In this document: piece by piece, positions 25,050-27,870 of the stretch
Numbering within the stretch: the stretch's first letter is position 1
Layout: the number at the start of each line of letters is the position of its first letter
Virus record (IMG/VR): IMGVR_UViG_3300036982_000320
Span: 1-27,870 of that record
Length of the DNA stretch: 27,870 nt
Direction: 5' to 3' (one strand)
Source: a virus
Taxonomy: Duplodnaviria; Caudoviricetes
The notes under the pieces: model-generated
The model's database searches: none
What the model saw: the letters and a program-made list of their open reading frames with translations, nothing else
What the model was told of the DNA's origin: nothing
Made by a program: the position numbers and the translations under genes

Positions 25050-26290
25050 GCCTTCGCCTTCACGCCGGGGCGGGAGGACTTGCGCTTCTGAAGCTGCGTG
25101 GCGACTTCACGCTGCCGAGCGTCTAGCTTGTCGCTTTCGGCTTGGAGCTTCTGCCGCATCTCTGGATTGTTTCGAGCCTGTGCCAGCCTTGTCATCATCT
25201 TGCTGATCTTCTCGCGGTTGCTTGCATACTCGGCATACAACGGATCGGTAGATGGCTTGACGCTGCTTGCGTAATTCTTGAGCCAGTCGCGTGCCGACTT
25301 CTCTGTGTAATGCGGCTGGCTTGCTTTCTCTGATGACTTCCCGGTGTCTAGGTTGGTCGTGCGGACGACCGGGCGGAACCACTCATGCGGCGGCTCACCA
25401 GCGGTAAGCGATTGCATCACGGACTCGTATCCCAATTCGTGCTTTTGGTTGCCGCTCGTAATCGTGTCAACGACCATGCGTTTTGCCATCTTCGCCTTTA
25501 CGCCGGGGCGAGAGGAGACAAGCTTGGCAGACACGCCAACGATCTCCTTGCCATCAAGAACGGCTCGCACTTCGATCTCGCCCTTCGTCCCTTGCACGCG
25601 CACGCGCTTAGGCGTGATGTACTGCGCTGGATCAACCATGACGTAACCCTTGCCGCCCTCAATTGGGGCGCGTGTGTTCTTGTCGAGGTTGGTGGTGTAG
25701 CGGCCTTGCGGGGTTGTGACGATGCGGACAAACTTGCCCTTCACGCCCGAGCGGGCGGCGTTGGTGCTAGGAATACGCCATGAGCCTCCGCTGTATCGAA
25801 GTCCTCGGTCATACGCCTTTTGGTATCCGCGTTCGTACTCTTCAATTCCGTTCCAAGATTCTTCGTGCGTAGTGTCGTACCTCTCCCAGCCGTTCCCTTG
25901 ATTTACCTCTACGGCTATATATCCGTTGTGCAGTTTTTTCGTGCGGAACTGAGGCTTTGCAAACTTCGCCTTCGCGCCAGAGCGAGCGTATCCGCCGCGG
26001 GAAACATGAGCGTCAAACAAACGGATTGCCGCACGCGTTGCGCTTTCGGGAGTTTTGTAACCGTACTTTGATTGCAAAACCTGACCTTCTCCGTCTGAAT
26101 GCACAATCATCAAAGTAGCGATATAGTCGCCACCGCCACCGTTTTGCCCAATTTGAGCAACAATGTCAGAAGTCTTGCCCTTGCGCGTTTTGACTGTGCG
26201 CTCTTGCATATACGGATCGTTAGAACCAAACTCGGCCTTCACGCCTTGCGCCGCGAATCCCAAACGCTTCTCGATGTCTTGCTTGCTCAT
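25046..26290 (-). CDS. modular accessory protein B (414 aa): RLGFAA N-terminal motif and five linker copies
   Basis: AAGGA SD before ATG 26290; MSKQDIEKRLGFAAQGVKAEF; linkers YARSGAKAKF, AARSGVKGKF, SSRPGVKAKM, SSRPGVKAKA. Confidence 0.8.
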   Translation of the reverse strand: MSKQDIEKRLGFAAQGVKAEFGSNDPYMQERTVKTRKGKTSDIVAQIGQNGGGGDYIATLMIVHSDGEGQVLQSKYGYKTPESATRAAIRLFDAHVSRGGYARSGAKAKFAKPQFRTKKLHNGYIAVEVNQGNGWERYDTTHEESWNGIEEYERGYQKAYDRGLRYSGGSWRIPSTNAARSGVKGKFVRIVTTPQGRYTTNLDKNTRAPIEGGKGYVMVDPAQYITPKRVRVQGTKGEIEVRAVLDGKEIVGVSAKLVSSRPGVKAKMAKRMVVDTITSGNQKHELGYESVMQSLTAGEPPHEWFRPVVRTTNLDTGKSSEKASQPHYTEKSARDWLKNYASSVKPSTDPLYAEYASNREKISKMMTRLAQARNNPEMRQKLQAESDKLDARQREVATQLQKRKSSRPGVKAKA

Positions 26291-26298
26291 GTGGTTCC

Positions 26299-26667
26299 TT
26301 AGTTCTTGCCGTGATTCTCGCCCTTGCAACTACAGTCGCAAGCAGGCCCCCGCGCATTCCTGCACTTTGCGCCGCAGGTTGTTGGCTTGTTGGTTGGTGT
26401 GTACATGACGAAACGCGTGATCTCTCGCGGTGTGCCGCTCACGAATCCAACCCAGTAGAGTCGGTCGTCTTTGATGGGTTGCAATTTGTTGAAGTCGTAA
26501 CTCCATCCGACCCGTGCGTCTGGGAAGAGCTTGCGGAACTCTGTCCCGATTACCCGCTTCCGGTCGTTTGCGCCGAGTTTGCTTAGACCCGCGTAATACT
26601 GCGGCTCTGGTGCGCCGCGCCATGCGGCTGCAAATCCAAGACGGCGCTCAATGTCGTTTCGGCACAT
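26299..26667 (-). CDS. accessory protein C (122 aa): RRLGFAA N-terminal motif and C-terminal Cys/His cluster
   Basis: MCRNDIERRLGFAA...CGAKCRNARGPACDCSCKGENHG; alternative ATG at 26676. Confidence 0.75.
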   Translation of the reverse strand: MCRNDIERRLGFAAAWRGAPEPQYYAGLSKLGANDRKRVIGTEFRKLFPDARVGWSYDFNKLQPIKDDRLYWVGFVSGTPREITRFVMYTPTNKPTTCGAKCRNARGPACDCSCKGENHGKN

Positions 26668-26672
26668 GGAAC

Positions 26673-26685
26673 GCATCGTAGCGAT
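26673..26685 (-). promoter_or_regulatory. 13-nt upstream box ATCGCTACGATGC, copy 2
   Basis: Immediately after the terminase stop, 5 nt upstream of ATG 26667; identical to 22206-22218. Confidence 0.6.
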
Positions 26686-27870
26686 TCAACCGAACATTCT
26701 GCGCTTGACTGCGCGAGAATCGAACATCCTGCTTGTGTCGGTCGCCACGGTGACCGCGCCGCCTGATGTCACTACCGTCCCGCTCGACGCTGCGGTGCAG
26801 AGGTCAACGATGCAATCGACCGTATCGTCATGACTACCAGCGGGGAAGGCGAGCATTTCGTCAAGGGTGGAGCGGAAGTCGGCGTGTACCTGCCCATCAT
26901 GGTTCTGCGGGAACAGGAGCTTGCCCTGCTCAACGAACGGCTGGGCGGCAGCGGCTCGTAAATGCTTGTCGGCGGTGCGGGTCACGGCAATGACGGGCTG
27001 GTGGCAGTCTTGGCGGAATTGGTCGAACACGCCCTTCTGCGGCCCGTTCGCCTCCGCAAGCACCATACCTACCCCACGGCGCTCGACGAGGTCTTTCGCC
27101 ATGCGGGCAAAGTCGGGGAAGGACTCGCGCACGCGAAGGATGTCGGTGAGGTACAGGTTGCGGGCTTGGTCAACCTCGCCCACGATGCAGACCGAGTAGT
27201 CGGGGTCGTCGCGCTCTTGACGCTTCTTTCCGTAGCCCCAGTCGATGGCGGCGACTGTGCGCGTACCGAGGGGGACTGTGCCGGATCGGTAGTAGCGCGT
27301 CCATTCTGGGCGGAAGATCAGGAGGTCGGAGGACAGCGGAACGAGTTCGTAGGCACGGGCATACGCCATCGGCCCCATCTCGCGGCGCTTCTGGTCAAGG
27401 ATCTCAGGCGTGAAGACGCTCGGCCACGGGCTAATCAGTCCCCGGCAAGGCTCGCGTAAGAGCGTGCCAGCGCGTTCGCATTCCCTGCGCCAGTCGGCGG
27501 TGATGTCGTCGGTATGGAAGGGGGTCGCCGTGCGCCAAATGCGGGCGGGGTGCTTGGCGGACGGGTCAAGCATGGGGAGCCAGATGTTGTTCATCGCCTC
27601 CTTGACCTGTGCGCGGAGGGTCGGCTGGAGGACGGCGTTTCGTAGGTCGCAAATGTCATCCGGCCAAAGAACGTCAGCGCGTCCGCCCGTGCGTCCAAAG
27701 ATGCCGGAGGCTTGAACGGACGGGTCACGCCTCGCCCCTACCCCGGGCGCGGTGATTGACCACGCCATGACGGTGTCTTCCCCGGGCTTCAGTTCGACGT
27801 GCGGGAAGGTGGCGCGGTAGATGGGGCTGCGGATGATGTCACGCAGGAATCGAGAGGTAGCCGACGCGGC
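26686..27870 (-). CDS. terL: terminase large subunit (5' end outside window)
   Basis: Frame open to the window edge; TGGRADVLWPDD (Walker B region), TPFHTDD coupling motif, nuclease domain AIDWG...DYSV...AEANG...FPAGSHDDTVD. Confidence 0.93.
   Translation of the reverse strand, partial: AASATSRFLRDIIRSPIYRATFPHVELKPGEDTVMAWSITAPGVGARRDPSVQASGIFGRTGGRADVLWPDDICDLRNAVLQPTLRAQVKEAMNNIWLPMLDPSAKHPARIWRTATPFHTDDITADWRRECERAGTLLREPCRGLISPWPSVFTPEILDQKRREMGPMAYARAYELVPLSSDLLIFRPEWTRYYRSGTVPLGTRTVAAIDWGYGKKRQERDDPDYSVCIVGEVDQARNLYLTDILRVRESFPDFARMAKDLVERRGVGMVLAEANGPQKGVFDQFRQDCHQPVIAVTRTADKHLRAAAAQPFVEQGKLLFPQNHDGQVHADFRSTLDEMLAFPAGSHDDTVDCIVDLCTAASSGTVVTSGGAVTVATDTSRMFDSRAVKRRMFG

Noticed and set aside
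21391-25990. Dispersed 22-nt repeats as a CRISPR array or integron attC sites
   Set aside because: Spacing is about 230 nt or more and irregular, copies are in-frame coding and not palindromic, and no cas or integrase gene is present.
1-27870. Host assignment (e.g. Planctomycetota)
   Set aside because: The CsrA-like gene, lipoprotein and Cys-rich pair are only suggestive; nothing in the sequence identifies the host.

Overview
A ~28 kb stretch of a tailed dsDNA phage genome (Caudoviricetes, GC-rich), with no tRNA, CRISPR array, integrase or transposase visible. Positions 1-3527 (+ strand) are the end of an early/middle arm: C5 DNA methyltransferase (partial), small hypotheticals, a CsrA-like gene, an HTH gene, RusA, then a near-consensus sigma70 promoter before ERF and Gp157. 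Positions 3528-27870 (- strand) are a convergent late arm. In transcription order it holds terminase (partial), three accessory genes, a Mu-like portal, MuF, another accessory gene, a Gly-rich protein, protease/scaffold, decoration protein, major capsid, head-tail genes, tail tube, a frameshifting tail chaperone, a very short tape measure, tail-tip proteins, a beta-helix tailspike, a membrane/lysis-like cluster and a Cys-rich gene pair. The main unexplained signal is a coordinated accessory system in the head module. Four genes share an N-terminal '[DE]IxxRLG(I)FA' motif. Two of them are strings of unrelated 52-136 aa modules separated by a recurring 10-residue linker (e.g. SSRPGAKAQF) that is also conserved as DNA. 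Both clusters start at an identical 13-nt box 5 nt upstream of the ATG. My inference is capsid-packaged, protease-processed, module-shuffling cargo polyproteins. All family calls come from motif recognition and synteny by eye; no searches were run.
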